64,000 nt of DNA. It comes from a virus (lineage: Duplodnaviria; Caudoviricetes). The notes below the pieces were generated by a model, which searched no databases, was not told the origin of the DNA, and saw nothing but the letters and a program-made list of their open reading frames with translations. Where the stretch lies: IMG/VR virus record IMGVR_UViG_2831870349_000001; one strand, given 5' to 3'. Below, piece after piece: positions 9,906 through 19,436 of this stretch. Every line of letters begins with the position of its first letter. Position 1 is the first letter of the stretch. The position numbers were made by a program, and so were the translations under genes.

Positions 9906-10792
9906 AATCAGATCTCATGAACGCAGACGCCAAATGCCGACGCCCTGTCCTGAGATATCACGGTGGGAAATGGCGTCTTGCGTCGTGGATCATCAGCCAA
10001 ATGCCGCCTCATCGCGTTTACGTCGAGCCGTATTGCGGAGCCGCGTCCGTCCTTCTCCAGAAGCCGCGCGCCTTCGGCGAGGTGATCAACGATCTGGACG
10101 GGGAGGTCGTCAATCTGTTCCGCGTGCTGCGCGAACCGGCGGCCGCGAAGGATCTGATCAATGCGATCCGCCTGACGCCGTTCGCGCGCGCCGAATTCGA
10201 CACCGCTTACGATCGCAATATCCTGGATCCCGTGGAGCGCGCTCGCCGCCTGATGGTCCGGTCTTTCATGGGTTTTTCGTCCAGTGCGTCGGGCAAGGGT
10301 AGCAAAACAGGATTTCGATCCTATGCCTACCGCTCCTACATGACGCCGGCGGCGGACTGGGCGGGATTGCCGGCCGCGCTGCCAGCCGTGGTGCAGCGGC
10401 TGCGCGGCGTGACGATCGAGAACCGGAGTGCGATTGAACTCGTTCAATCGCACTCCACTCCCGAGACGCTGCTTTATTGCGATCCTCCCTATGTGCGCAG
10501 CACCAGGTCTTCGCTACGCTGGCCAGGGGAGAAAGCGTACGCGCATGAGATGACCGATGACGATCACCGAACCATGGCGGCGGCCCTGAGCTCGAGCGCG
10601 GCAATGGTGATCGTGAGCGGATATCGATGCGACCTTTACGATGAGATCTTCAACAACTGGATCCGATGTGACCGCGCCGGCGTGATCGCGAGCAATACCG
10701 GAAGCGCAACGCGCATGGAATCTCTGTGGCTTAATCCTGCTGCGGCCCAGGCCCGTGGTCAGCAATCTTTAGAGCTCGAGGTGAGAGCGTGA
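9902..10792 (+). CDS. Dam/D12-class DNA adenine methyltransferase
   Basis: LRYHGGKW, YVEPYCGAASV, EVINDLD and DPPY motifs. Confidence 0.93.
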   Translation: MKSDLMNADAKCRRPVLRYHGGKWRLASWIISQMPPHRVYVEPYCGAASVLLQKPRAFGEVINDLDGEVVNLFRVLREPAAAKDLINAIRLTPFARAEFDTAYDRNILDPVERARRLMVRSFMGFSSSASGKGSKTGFRSYAYRSYMTPAADWAGLPAALPAVVQRLRGVTIENRSAIELVQSHSTPETLLYCDPPYVRSTRSSLRWPGEKAYAHEMTDDDHRTMAAALSSSAAMVIVSGYRCDLYDEIFNNWIRCDRAGVIASNTGSATRMESLWLNPAAAQARGQQSLELEVRA

Positions 10793-11268
10793 GAACCGCC
10801 GCGCTTTTCACGCCGGCGGAGAGCGGACTGGTCCGCGTCTCAGATCACTGGTACCGAGCCAAAAGCTGCGATGTGAATGTAGTTCCGCTCTTCCAGCGGC
10901 ATTATAGCTGCCCGAAGCCTAAGGATACGCACTATACCTCCGGAATCGCGGGGCCCGGCGAGGACATGACACTGATCACCGCGACCGGTGACGCGCTATT
11001 CGTCTGGCGCAGCGAGGAGTTTCGCAAAGACGACCAGTGGGGCGTGGAGTGCAGCGTATTCCGCAATGAAGGATCCGTGCAGTCCAGTTTGATGATCCGC
11101 GAGGCAGTGGAAGCGGCGGTAGTGAAATGGAAACCGCAACGGTTCTTCACCTTCGTCAACGCGGAGAAAGTACAGAGCGCAAACCCTGGATACTGCTTCA
11201 AGATGGCCGGATGGAGTTTCTGCGGTTTCACGAAAGCAGGCCTTCATATTCTCGAATATAGGAATTAA
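10789..11268 (+). CDS. Mom-like GNAT-fold DNA modification protein
   Basis: RHYS, CSVFRNEG..SS.MIREA, FTFV and NPGYCFKMAGW motifs; coupled to the MTases. Confidence 0.6.
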   Translation: MRTAALFTPAESGLVRVSDHWYRAKSCDVNVVPLFQRHYSCPKPKDTHYTSGIAGPGEDMTLITATGDALFVWRSEEFRKDDQWGVECSVFRNEGSVQSSLMIREAVEAAVVKWKPQRFFTFVNAEKVQSANPGYCFKMAGWSFCGFTKAGLHILEYRN

Positions 11269-11489
11269 AGAAATCTTGAATTTGCGATTTCAGGCGGGGC
11301 GGCGGCCTGGATAAATCTAAACGAGCAGCGCCAGACCGGGGGATTGAGGCGCCCCGGCGAGCAGATGGAACGCCGGCGGATTCTAGTAACACTCGCGGGC
11401 CGCAAGAAGTGGGAGCCTCGCCGGGGATGCGGCCCGCGAGAACAGATTTCGGACACGAGTCTTGATTTTGGTGATAGGACGACATCGAC

Positions 11490-11957
11490 ATGGCAGGCAT
11501 CGACATTCGAGACATCGATAAGTACGGGACGAAGGCGGCGGAGCAGATCCGCGCACAGATGGGCGTCGCCGCTATTCCACTCCCTGCCAGCAAGTCGGGA
11601 AGCGCGCGCACGGATCCTACAGGCGCTCAGACGGACGTGGATAAGAAGCCTAAATACCGCAATGAACCGGTGGAAATCGACGGCTATACATTCGCATCCA
11701 AGCGTGAGGGTAATCGCTACCGACTGCTGAAAGCGATGCAGATCGCGGGCAGTATTTCGGGACTGGAGATGCAGGTCCCATATCGCTTTTTCGAAGGCGA
11801 GCGGCTGATCTTCGAATACATCGCCGACTTCCGCTACACCTGGATCGAGAGCGGACAGAAGAGAGTGGAAGATGCGAAGGGTATTCGAACAGCCGTCTTC
11901 ATGCTGAAGAAGCGCCTGATTGAAGCGCGACACGGCATCACGATCGAGGAGGTCTAA
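11490..11957 (+). CDS. DUF1064-family PD-(D/E)xK endonuclease
   Basis: KYRN...DGYTFASKRE, LEMQV, YIADFRY, VEDAKG. Confidence 0.88.
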   Translation: MAGIDIRDIDKYGTKAAEQIRAQMGVAAIPLPASKSGSARTDPTGAQTDVDKKPKYRNEPVEIDGYTFASKREGNRYRLLKAMQIAGSISGLEMQVPYRFFEGERLIFEYIADFRYTWIESGQKRVEDAKGIRTAVFMLKKRLIEARHGITIEEV

Positions 11958-11958
11958 G

Positions 11959-12348
11959 GTGACCCGAAAGCCCTGGCCATGCGAGGAAATCGTCAACTGG
12001 ACGGAGCGGTATCTGCGCACCCGCGACAGCGATCTCGTGCTTTGGCCGTGGATCGATTTCGAGAAGCAGCCCGCGTGTACGATCGGCAGACAGCCCGGGG
12101 CGAAGGGCGCGGTGGTTCCTGGGACCGTGACGCCCGAAGACTGGACGCGCCAGCTGCTGCGCCACTGGGCGCGCACGGTCGACGCCTACACGAGAGGCGA
12201 CTTCGACCCGGCAACGTTTGAGGGCAAGGTGATCGCGCTGAACGCGCTTCCGGCGGAGCGTCTGCTCTTTGCGTATCGTCGGGTCGTGGAAGATAAGAGA
12301 CGGAGCGCGCCGGCGGCGGCTCAGGAAAGGGAACTCGTTTACGGCTGA
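11959..12348 (+). CDS. Hypothetical protein
   Basis: GAGGAGG RBS; operonic. Confidence 0.6.
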   Translation: MTRKPWPCEEIVNWTERYLRTRDSDLVLWPWIDFEKQPACTIGRQPGAKGAVVPGTVTPEDWTRQLLRHWARTVDAYTRGDFDPATFEGKVIALNALPAERLLFAYRRVVEDKRRSAPAAAQERELVYG

Positions 12349-12447
12349 AGCGCCGTGCAGCAAATCACTGTACAATCCTGTGCCCAGAGACCTCTGCCCG
12401 ATGGGAATGTACAGGGCCGGAAAGTGAAATATCGCTTGCTTGCTTAG

Positions 12448-12882
12448 ATGACGCAAGCATATCCAAATGCCGAAGGTCCTGCGTTGAAGGAGATTTTATT
12501 GAGCGAAATCATCACCCGCCGCTATTACCGCGCGGCGAAGCATCGCACCTGGCACATCGCCGGCGAGGACGGCCTGCCGGTCTGCGGCGTCCAGACAAAG
12601 CCGGGCGGAACGCATAAGACGGATTTGACGCTGGTCGATCGCGGATGGGCCTGTCGCAAATGCCATCACCGCGTGAGCGCGAAGCCATTCGTTCCGCGTC
12701 CGCCGATCTCGGAAGCGCCGCCGTCGTCGGTCTTCCTGACACAGCCGCGCAAGCGCAGCGCGGACCTCGCGACGACGGGGCAGCAGTGTTACCTGCTTCG
12801 CTACGGACATGCGACGGCGATGCAGGCGGCGGGGATGACAGTCTCTGAGGCGTCCGCGATCATCGACGCGGCGGGAGCGTGA
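12448..12882 (+). CDS. Hypothetical zinc-finger protein
   Basis: H...VCG...CRKC. Confidence 0.55.
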   Translation: MTQAYPNAEGPALKEILLSEIITRRYYRAAKHRTWHIAGEDGLPVCGVQTKPGGTHKTDLTLVDRGWACRKCHHRVSAKPFVPRPPISEAPPSSVFLTQPRKRSADLATTGQQCYLLRYGHATAMQAAGMTVSEASAIIDAAGA

Positions 12883-12883
12883 T

Positions 12884-13309
12884 ATGTCAAAGGCAGTCAT
12901 CAATATCGGATATTTCTGCGCGAACCTACATTCAGTCGTGAATGCTCATCTCAACGGCTTCAGCGCGCAGCTTCTGGCGGAAAGCTATGGGGACCAGATT
13001 GAGCGGTTTCCGGAGGGCGGAATCGCCTTCACGTGTGAGGATCATTCGCATCGAGCCATTTACGTGACGATCAGTACGGAAGCCCCGGTGAGTTTGGAAA
13101 GCGACGAGCAAGTCGACCGGCATGCGCGCTGGCTTGCAGATGAGTATTATCGCCGCCGAATCCCACTCAACGACAATGAGCCAACGGGTTTTGATGATTG
13201 CGGACCCATGCTGCAGTGGAGCTATCGCAACCGAGCCCGCCTGTTCCTGGGCGTCCCAGAGGTGCGATGGGAGGAGGCGCTAGAGAATTCCCGGAGGCGG
13301 TCGCCATGA
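12884..13309 (+). CDS. Hypothetical protein
   Basis: Operonic. Confidence 0.6.
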   Translation: MSKAVINIGYFCANLHSVVNAHLNGFSAQLLAESYGDQIERFPEGGIAFTCEDHSHRAIYVTISTEAPVSLESDEQVDRHARWLADEYYRRRIPLNDNEPTGFDDCGPMLQWSYRNRARLFLGVPEVRWEEALENSRRRSP

Positions 13310-13782
13310 CGCCTACGGTCTACACGATGGGCTACGAGGGACGCAAGCCGGCGGACCTATTGATGATCGCGGAGCGCCTGGACGCGACGATTGTGGACAT
13401 CCGGTACCGCGCCTGGAGCGCGCATCCGCAATGGCGGCATGGAGCCCTTCGCGAGTTTCTCGGCGATCGTTATGCGCGCTGCGTGCAGCTTGGCAATAAG
13501 CGCTACCGGGAGCCCGCGAACGCGGACGGAAGCCGCCAGATCGAATTGGTCGACGCCGCCGCCGGAGCGCAGTATGTCCTTGAGCATCCGCATTCCGTGA
13601 TTTTGATGTGTGGGTGCCGGAACGCGGAGACATGCCACCGATCCAACGTTGCGCGATTATTGATCGATCAATACGATCAGCGAGTTTTTGAAATCATGTG
13701 GGCGCGCGGGGCTAACGCCTCTGGGATTCTCTGGGCGGCTTACGACTGGGCGGAAGTCGATTCGTGGGCGGGAAAGGATTGA
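13306..13782 (+). CDS. DUF488-family protein
   Basis: VYTMGYEG, IVDIR, LGN, LMCGC...CHRS. Confidence 0.85.
   Translation: MTPTVYTMGYEGRKPADLLMIAERLDATIVDIRYRAWSAHPQWRHGALREFLGDRYARCVQLGNKRYREPANADGSRQIELVDAAAGAQYVLEHPHSVILMCGCRNAETCHRSNVARLLIDQYDQRVFEIMWARGANASGILWAAYDWAEVDSWAGKD
13656..13675. promoter_or_regulatory. Dispersed palindrome copy 3 (ATTATTGATCGATCAATACG)
   Basis: 18/20 match, inside the DUF488 gene. Confidence 0.75.
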
Positions 13783-13783
13783 T

Positions 13784-14383
13784 ATGATCGCGGCTTTGTA
13801 TACGGATGGCGGTGTCATCCGCAAGAACCCATCTCTGATCGGCGGAACCTGGGCATGGGCACAGGTGGACGCGAGCGGCGAGCGCATTCACAGCGAATGC
13901 GGCGTGGTGAAGCCCTTTATGAAGGATGAGCTTGGCTTCTATCTTCCGGTCACGAACAACAATACCGAGATGATTGCGCTGACGAAAGGCCTTCTCTCGC
14001 TTCCCGAAGGCTGGAGTGGTACCGTTTACTGCGACAGTAAGATCGCGCTCGGCTGGACGTTCTGGGAGTACAACGCCGAAAACGTGCCGGCGCCGCTGAT
14101 CGCAAAGGCCCGCCTTGCCGTCACGCGCCTCGGACAGATCGAGACTGTTCTGCTGGACGGGCATCCAACGGCCGCGCACCTCGCCGCGAACAAAGGCAAG
14201 CGCGGCGGTCCGGTGAGCGTTCATAACCAGCACTGCGACGAAGAGTGTGGGCGGATCGGGCGCGAATACTTGCTTGCGAACGGAGATCTGCTGGAAGCGA
14301 TGGGGTTAAAGCCTGAGGCAACACGTGACACTGTCCGCAAACGGCGCGTTCTTACTGCTGTTGCTTCGACGGACATGACTTGA
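13784..14383 (+). CDS. RNase HI-like protein
   Basis: YTDGG, TNNNTE, YCDS, GH, N..CD catalytic residues. Confidence 0.85.
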   Translation: MIAALYTDGGVIRKNPSLIGGTWAWAQVDASGERIHSECGVVKPFMKDELGFYLPVTNNNTEMIALTKGLLSLPEGWSGTVYCDSKIALGWTFWEYNAENVPAPLIAKARLAVTRLGQIETVLLDGHPTAAHLAANKGKRGGPVSVHNQHCDEECGRIGREYLLANGDLLEAMGLKPEATRDTVRKRRVLTAVASTDMT

Positions 14384-14393
14384 TATTGACGAC

Positions 14394-14415
14394 GCCGGCC
14401 TAGCCCGGCCTTTTT
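14394..14415 (+). terminator. Intrinsic terminator
   Basis: GCCGG-loop-CCGGC followed by a T run. Confidence 0.5.
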
Positions 14416-14437
14416 GACGGAAAGGAAATTTGAAATT

Positions 14438-14857
14438 ATGTTCGACGATTCATTCACAAAAGAGCAGATCGCGGAGGCGCGCGACGGCTGTCAGCAGGCA
14501 CTGGAGGCCATGCTGTATTCCAAGAATATCGCGGAATCGATGCGCGCCGCCGGCGAAGCGGCTGACGCAGCGGCTGACCGCCAGTACTGCGCCTTTCTTC
14601 ACCGATCGCAATTATTCGAGCGACATTTGCAGGGCGAAGCCGATCTCGCCGAGCTGATCGAGGCGGAGCAAGAGAGCCGCGCCTGCACCGAGGCGTTCCA
14701 CCTGGCGATGATTGAAGTTCGAACGATTCATCGGCAAGGTTACGAGCACAGCAGCAGTCTGATCTCCCGTCAGATCGAGGAGTTGCAGCGGCAACTGGAC
14801 TCGATCAACGCGCTTGTCCCGCGCCGCGAAGCTCCCAACCCGCCCCACATACACTGA
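14438..14857 (+). CDS. Hypothetical protein
   Basis: ORF with AAGGA RBS. Confidence 0.6.
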   Translation: MFDDSFTKEQIAEARDGCQQALEAMLYSKNIAESMRAAGEAADAAADRQYCAFLHRSQLFERHLQGEADLAELIEAEQESRACTEAFHLAMIEVRTIHRQGYEHSSSLISRQIEELQRQLDSINALVPRREAPNPPHIH

Positions 14858-14884
14858 CCTTTGCCGCCGGAGAGGAACAAGACC

Positions 14885-15220
14885 ATGAAAATCATGCGCG
14901 TAAAACTTGAGAACGGCGAGATGTTCGACATCCCCGCCGAGGTCGTCGCCAGGCACCGCGCGGACAGCTACGCCATCGACGAAGGCGAGCGCGGGTCACT
15001 CGCCTACCAGAAGATGTTCGATGAGGAGTTCGCCTATACGCTGGGCAGCAATAGTGAGCTGAGCGACTGGTCCAGCAACAACATGAACTGGTCGGACCTC
15101 AGTCTTCATGCCCGGCGCGTCGAGGTCGAAAAACCGAAGCCCGATTATGAGGACCTGTGGGCCGGGGCCGAGCGCGAGTATCTGGAAGCGCCGCAGAGCG
15201 CGAAGGCGGTGCGCGCGTGA
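14885..15220 (+). CDS. Hypothetical phage protein
   Basis: GAGG RBS; W...NMNWSD motif. Confidence 0.7.
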   Translation: MKIMRVKLENGEMFDIPAEVVARHRADSYAIDEGERGSLAYQKMFDEEFAYTLGSNSELSDWSSNNMNWSDLSLHARRVEVEKPKPDYEDLWAGAEREYLEAPQSAKAVRA

Positions 15221-15284
15221 TATCTGAAATCGGATTATCCAAGCTTCCCAAGGATGAGCCAAGCTTCCCAAGGATGAGCCAATT

Positions 15285-16049
15285 TTGGTGATTGAATGGG
15301 ATAACTGCCCTCCTGATGCGATCGCCAGTTATTATTTGCGCCTGCCGATCCGGAAGGGAGACGTTCGCGAGGATCGTGAGGATTTTGCGAACGGGTTCCT
15401 GCGGTTGCCGATCGGCGAAACGAAATGCAGTGGCCCTATCGAAGGCCACTACTTACGTGAACTGACCTCATACGCTGAGAAATATGAGGTGCTTACGCCG
15501 TTTCGTGAAGGCTGCCATATTGAGTGGGATGCATTAACATTGAACCTACGGGCGTACGCGGTCTTCGAAGACCATGTGTCCAGGATCTTCCCGAATGCAT
15601 CCCGGCGCGATACGCCCGCAGGCGAGAGCGAATACCTCGTGCGCATGACGGGAACGCAGGCGCGGGTCATGGATCACGCGCTCGACCTTTACGATTCCGT
15701 TCAGCGAGGAGAGATTGCCGAAGTCGAGGAGGCGATCTCCTATTCCATCCGGGACACGGTGCTGAGCACCGATCCGGACACTCCGGAAGCGATCGCGACG
15801 CGGCGAGCACAGTTCAATAATATGGCCGTCCTTCGAAGTCTGCTTCAGGGAATGCGTCTGCTGATCCCGCGACAAGATGACGGCGATCCGCGCACGATGG
15901 CCGCGCGCCGGGCAAGCGAGATGCGCCAGGCGATAAGGCAACAGTTCTGGTCCGAGCACCCCGAGCGATATGGCGACGCCTGGGACATTGTGATCGAAAG
16001 CGATCAGCCGCTCATTTCTATCGAACGAATTCGAAAGGACACGATATGA
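15285..16049 (+). CDS. Hypothetical protein
   Basis: Long ORF, coupled to the next gene. Confidence 0.6.
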   Translation: MVIEWDNCPPDAIASYYLRLPIRKGDVREDREDFANGFLRLPIGETKCSGPIEGHYLRELTSYAEKYEVLTPFREGCHIEWDALTLNLRAYAVFEDHVSRIFPNASRRDTPAGESEYLVRMTGTQARVMDHALDLYDSVQRGEIAEVEEAISYSIRDTVLSTDPDTPEAIATRRAQFNNMAVLRSLLQGMRLLIPRQDDGDPRTMAARRASEMRQAIRQQFWSEHPERYGDAWDIVIESDQPLISIERIRKDTI

Positions 16050-16381
16050 CATTTATTACCACACCCACTGGAACGGTGCTCCTCCAGGCGCTCTACTCCG
16101 GCAGCGACGAGACCGAGATCGTCGGCGCCTATGTCGAGGGACACATCGCCCCCGAGCAGTTCCAGGACATTCTGAGCGCCGCGCTCCACGACCGGAGCGC
16201 GAGCAGCGATTTCTGCCTGATGGAAGAGGCGGATTGCACCGTGGCCCTCGCGGCGACGTCCGCGCACGACTATTTCTGGGACGAGGATGATGAGGCGAAT
16301 GACCTGGTCACCTTCCATATCGTTCCCTCAGACCATCCGGAGGCATATCCCGTCACGGTGGCCTGGTGGGGGATCGATTAG
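16046..16381 (+). CDS. Hypothetical acidic protein
   Basis: ATGA overlap. Confidence 0.6.
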   Translation: MTFITTPTGTVLLQALYSGSDETEIVGAYVEGHIAPEQFQDILSAALHDRSASSDFCLMEEADCTVALAATSAHDYFWDEDDEANDLVTFHIVPSDHPEAYPVTVAWWGID

Positions 16382-16391
16382 GAGGCCGGCG

Positions 16392-16670
16392 ATGGATCAG
16401 CTTGATCTCTTCGCAGATCCCGCGCCGGATGTCGCCACGGTCAACGGTTGGTTGAAGGCGCCACGGTTATTACCCGGGGCACCGCCGATCCCGACACTGA
16501 TCAAGGTTGCTGGAGACGATCACGACTATGCGCCGGCGCGCTTCACGCTGGCCGGTGGCTGCGGCCTCGGGAGATGGCCTTCGCGGGATGCCTGCGTGCT
16601 GCGGCCGGACGGGCAGCGTATGACGCTCTATGACGCCGTGAACGCGCGGCTGGCGACTTTGATACGGTGA
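16392..16670 (+). CDS. Hypothetical protein
   Basis: AGGAGG RBS. Confidence 0.6.
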   Translation: MDQLDLFADPAPDVATVNGWLKAPRLLPGAPPIPTLIKVAGDDHDYAPARFTLAGGCGLGRWPSRDACVLRPDGQRMTLYDAVNARLATLIR

Positions 16671-16683
16671 ACGAGAGGACGAT

Positions 16684-17043
16684 TTGACATTGAAGAAATC
16701 ATCGGGTGGCGACGCGAAATTCAGTTGTGGCTGCCTTCTTCTGGTGATCGCGCTCGGCGTAGCTGGCGGCCTTGTCCGCAATGCGCACCGAGAAACGATT
16801 ACCGCTAAAGTGGTCGACAAGGCCATCAAGCGCTCTGACCGTGACCATGACAAATACCTGATCTACACGGATCACGAGACGTTGGAAGACGAAGACTCGC
16901 TCCTGAATGGCAAGTTCAATTCCAGCGATGTCTACGGACAGATTACCGCCGGACACACCTATCGATTTGAGGTCATCGGATGGCGAAATCCATTCTTCTC
17001 GATATATCGCAATATCATTTCGGTGCAGGAAGTTGCTAACTAA
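16684..17043 (+). CDS. Membrane-anchored phage protein (DUF1523-like)
   Basis: TM segment, then KYLIYTD...DSLL.GKFNSSD...GWR.PFFS.YRNII. Confidence 0.7.
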   Translation: MTLKKSSGGDAKFSCGCLLLVIALGVAGGLVRNAHRETITAKVVDKAIKRSDRDHDKYLIYTDHETLEDEDSLLNGKFNSSDVYGQITAGHTYRFEVIGWRNPFFSIYRNIISVQEVAN

Positions 17044-17108
17044 TCAAGTGTCATCGCCGTGAATCGGCCGGCGGCGATGCAGACCGAAAGGCCGCGAAGG
17101 AGAAACAA

Positions 17109-17774
17109 ATGGCAAATAGCATCGAAGTGTCGGCAGTTGCACAAGTCTGCCATGAAGCCAATCGCGGTTTGTGTGAGGCTATCGGCGACACTAGCCAGGT
17201 CAGTTGGAACGATGCCGAGGAATGGCAGCGGCAATCGGCGGTTGCAGGCGTTCGAGCTTATCTCGATAATCCAGGCATTACATCAGCTCAAATGCACGAA
17301 AATTGGTGCGAATACAAGATCGCCGACGGTTGGGTTTATGGAGAAGTCAAGGACGCGGAGAAGAAGACACACCCCTGCCTCGTGCCATATGCCGATCTTC
17401 CCGAAGTCCAGCAATATAAAGATAAAGTCTTTTGCGCAATCGTCGGCGCGCTTCTACCGATAAACCAAAACGCTACCATATTGCCTCCTGAAAAGCCAAT
17501 AACGACCGATCCCATTCCCGGCCTCACCGAAGGCCGGGTCGTTCACTACATTCTGCCGGATGGTCCAAGCGCTGGGCAAATTCGCCCCGCAATGGTCGTC
17601 CGCGTTTGGAACCGCAATTCCATAGACAAGACGTCTCGCGGCTGTGTGCAGCTTCAAGTCTTCACCGACGGGCCAAATGACGCGCTTATGAACGTCGAGT
17701 GGCGCACCAGCGTTCTCTTCGACGACAGTCCGACGCCAGCGCCAGGCACCTGGAACTGGCCGGCTCGCGCATAA
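17109..17774 (+). CDS. RyR-domain phage protein with extra C-terminal domain
   Basis: HENW...K.ADGWVYG..KD.EKKTHPCLVPY.DLP....KD. Confidence 0.88.
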   Translation: MANSIEVSAVAQVCHEANRGLCEAIGDTSQVSWNDAEEWQRQSAVAGVRAYLDNPGITSAQMHENWCEYKIADGWVYGEVKDAEKKTHPCLVPYADLPEVQQYKDKVFCAIVGALLPINQNATILPPEKPITTDPIPGLTEGRVVHYILPDGPSAGQIRPAMVVRVWNRNSIDKTSRGCVQLQVFTDGPNDALMNVEWRTSVLFDDSPTPAPGTWNWPARA

Positions 17775-17832
17775 GCGGGCGAACGCCGGAGCGGCCGCCG
17801 CTGCTCCGGCAAGACGTCCTGGATCGCAACAT

Positions 17833-18480
17833 ATGAATCAGAAAGAGGACGGGAGAGTCATGGACTTTGGACAGCAGGCGGATATCGATCTGGCGGAGGC
17901 GAACGCAGCCATTGAGCAACGGGATCAAGCATTGGAGCAGGCGCAGCAGAAAATCCGAGACCTGGAAGCCCAGATCGAGGATAATCGGCGCACGCACACA
18001 AAGGACTTCAACGCCATCTGGGAGATCGTCTACCCTGGCCATCCTGGTCTGTGGGACTATCCGGGCATGGTCGTCCGGCATATTAAGGCGTTTCTGGAAG
18101 AGAAGCAGATCCTGATCGACGATCTGGTGCGCATGCTGCGTGATGAGCGTGCCCTGCGGACGCCGCCGGAGATCCCAATTGATAAGCTCGACGAAACCGC
18201 GCACGTACTGCTTGCAATTCACGGCTTCACACCAGAGAATATCCAGCGCATGCATCCGCGCGACTACGAGGGCTATCTCACCGATGCGGACCGCCTGCTC
18301 TGCGACTATGTCCTGCTGACCCGCGCCGAGCACAACGAGCTGCTTCGCCACGCGCGCACTCCGGACGGCGTCAGGAAACGCATGGCGGATATGGCGGACG
18401 CCCTGCTCGCATTGAACGTCGGCGAGGCGCTGGAAGCGGCGCTGGACCAGCCGACGACTACGGAAGGAACGGTGGGTTGA
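17833..18480 (+). CDS. Coiled-coil hypothetical protein
   Basis: Heptad-rich N terminus. Confidence 0.6.
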   Translation: MNQKEDGRVMDFGQQADIDLAEANAAIEQRDQALEQAQQKIRDLEAQIEDNRRTHTKDFNAIWEIVYPGHPGLWDYPGMVVRHIKAFLEEKQILIDDLVRMLRDERALRTPPEIPIDKLDETAHVLLAIHGFTPENIQRMHPRDYEGYLTDADRLLCDYVLLTRAEHNELLRHARTPDGVRKRMADMADALLALNVGEALEAALDQPTTTEGTVG

Positions 18481-18800
18481 TGGCGCTCAGAACTCAATCG
18501 GAGATCGACCTGGCCGAGGCCCGGAAGAAGATCGAAAGCCTTAACGCCGAAATCACCTCTCTTCAGATGCAAATCCTCGACGCTGCGGACGAGGACGAGG
18601 ATGACCCGGATGCGGTGCGAGGCGGCGTCGACCACGTTCGCCTGTCCGAGAATTTCACGCTGATGTGCGATCACTGCGGCGACTCGTACCGGGTCAACAG
18701 TCCGGTCGAGATCAGTATCATGGTCGCCACCATGCGCGCCTACGGGAAACTGCATCGTTCTTGTCCGGCCAACCGGAAGGAGCCGCGCCGTGATCATTAA
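18480..18800 (+). CDS. Hypothetical protein (CxxC)
   Basis: Operonic. Confidence 0.55.
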   Translation: MALRTQSEIDLAEARKKIESLNAEITSLQMQILDAADEDEDDPDAVRGGVDHVRLSENFTLMCDHCGDSYRVNSPVEISIMVATMRAYGKLHRSCPANRKEPRRDH

Positions 18801-19308
18801 CCCGCCAGTCAAACCCCGCTTCATCCCTGCGACTTCGCTCTGGAACCCGTGGGCAATGCTGATGGCGCTCGAAGAAAAGCGCAACGAGACGCGCCACTGG
18901 TCAACCACGTACCGAGGGCCGATTGTCATCCACGCCGCCCAGCGGTTCCAACCGGGCGAGCGCCTGAAGTGCGCCGAACAACCGTTCAAGGAAGTCTTCC
19001 TCGCGACGATTCTGAAGGACGTGGATTGGGACGCGCTCGGCGGACGGACAGCGGCCGCCTACGACAAGGTCATTCGGGATCTGATGCCCTGCTCCGCGCT
19101 TCTCTGCATCGTGAATATTGTGGACTGCCGCGAGACGACCTCGAAGGCGGCGGCGCGCCACCGATACGGCGACTACGAGGAGGCGTTCGGCGACTATAAC
19201 CCTGGTCGATACGCCTTCGTGACCGAAATGGTGCGCGTGTTCGAGGAGCCGATCCCCTACAGCGGCAAGCAGGGCTGGTTCCATGTCCCAGAGGAACTCG
19301 TGCTTTGA
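18790..19308 (+). CDS. ASCH-domain protein
   Basis: SLWNPWA...KRNETRHW.T.YRGP..IHAA, G.QG.F. Confidence 0.9.
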   Translation: MIINPPVKPRFIPATSLWNPWAMLMALEEKRNETRHWSTTYRGPIVIHAAQRFQPGERLKCAEQPFKEVFLATILKDVDWDALGGRTAAAYDKVIRDLMPCSALLCIVNIVDCRETTSKAAARHRYGDYEEAFGDYNPGRYAFVTEMVRVFEEPIPYSGKQGWFHVPEELVL

Positions 19309-19436
19309 AGTTTTTCTTAACGGCGCTCTTTGCTGGTAAGCGCCTGACGGCGCGGATCCAGCATCGGCGCGGTGGCCGGCGTTCCCGGTCCATACGGTGA
19401 GCCCCGATAAACCTCTTTATTTTACGGAGACTGAAG

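Noticed and set aside
8031-11957. Complete restriction-modification system
   Set aside because: The nearby nuclease is a DUF1064 phage resolvase-like type in a separate position; the MTases look orphan
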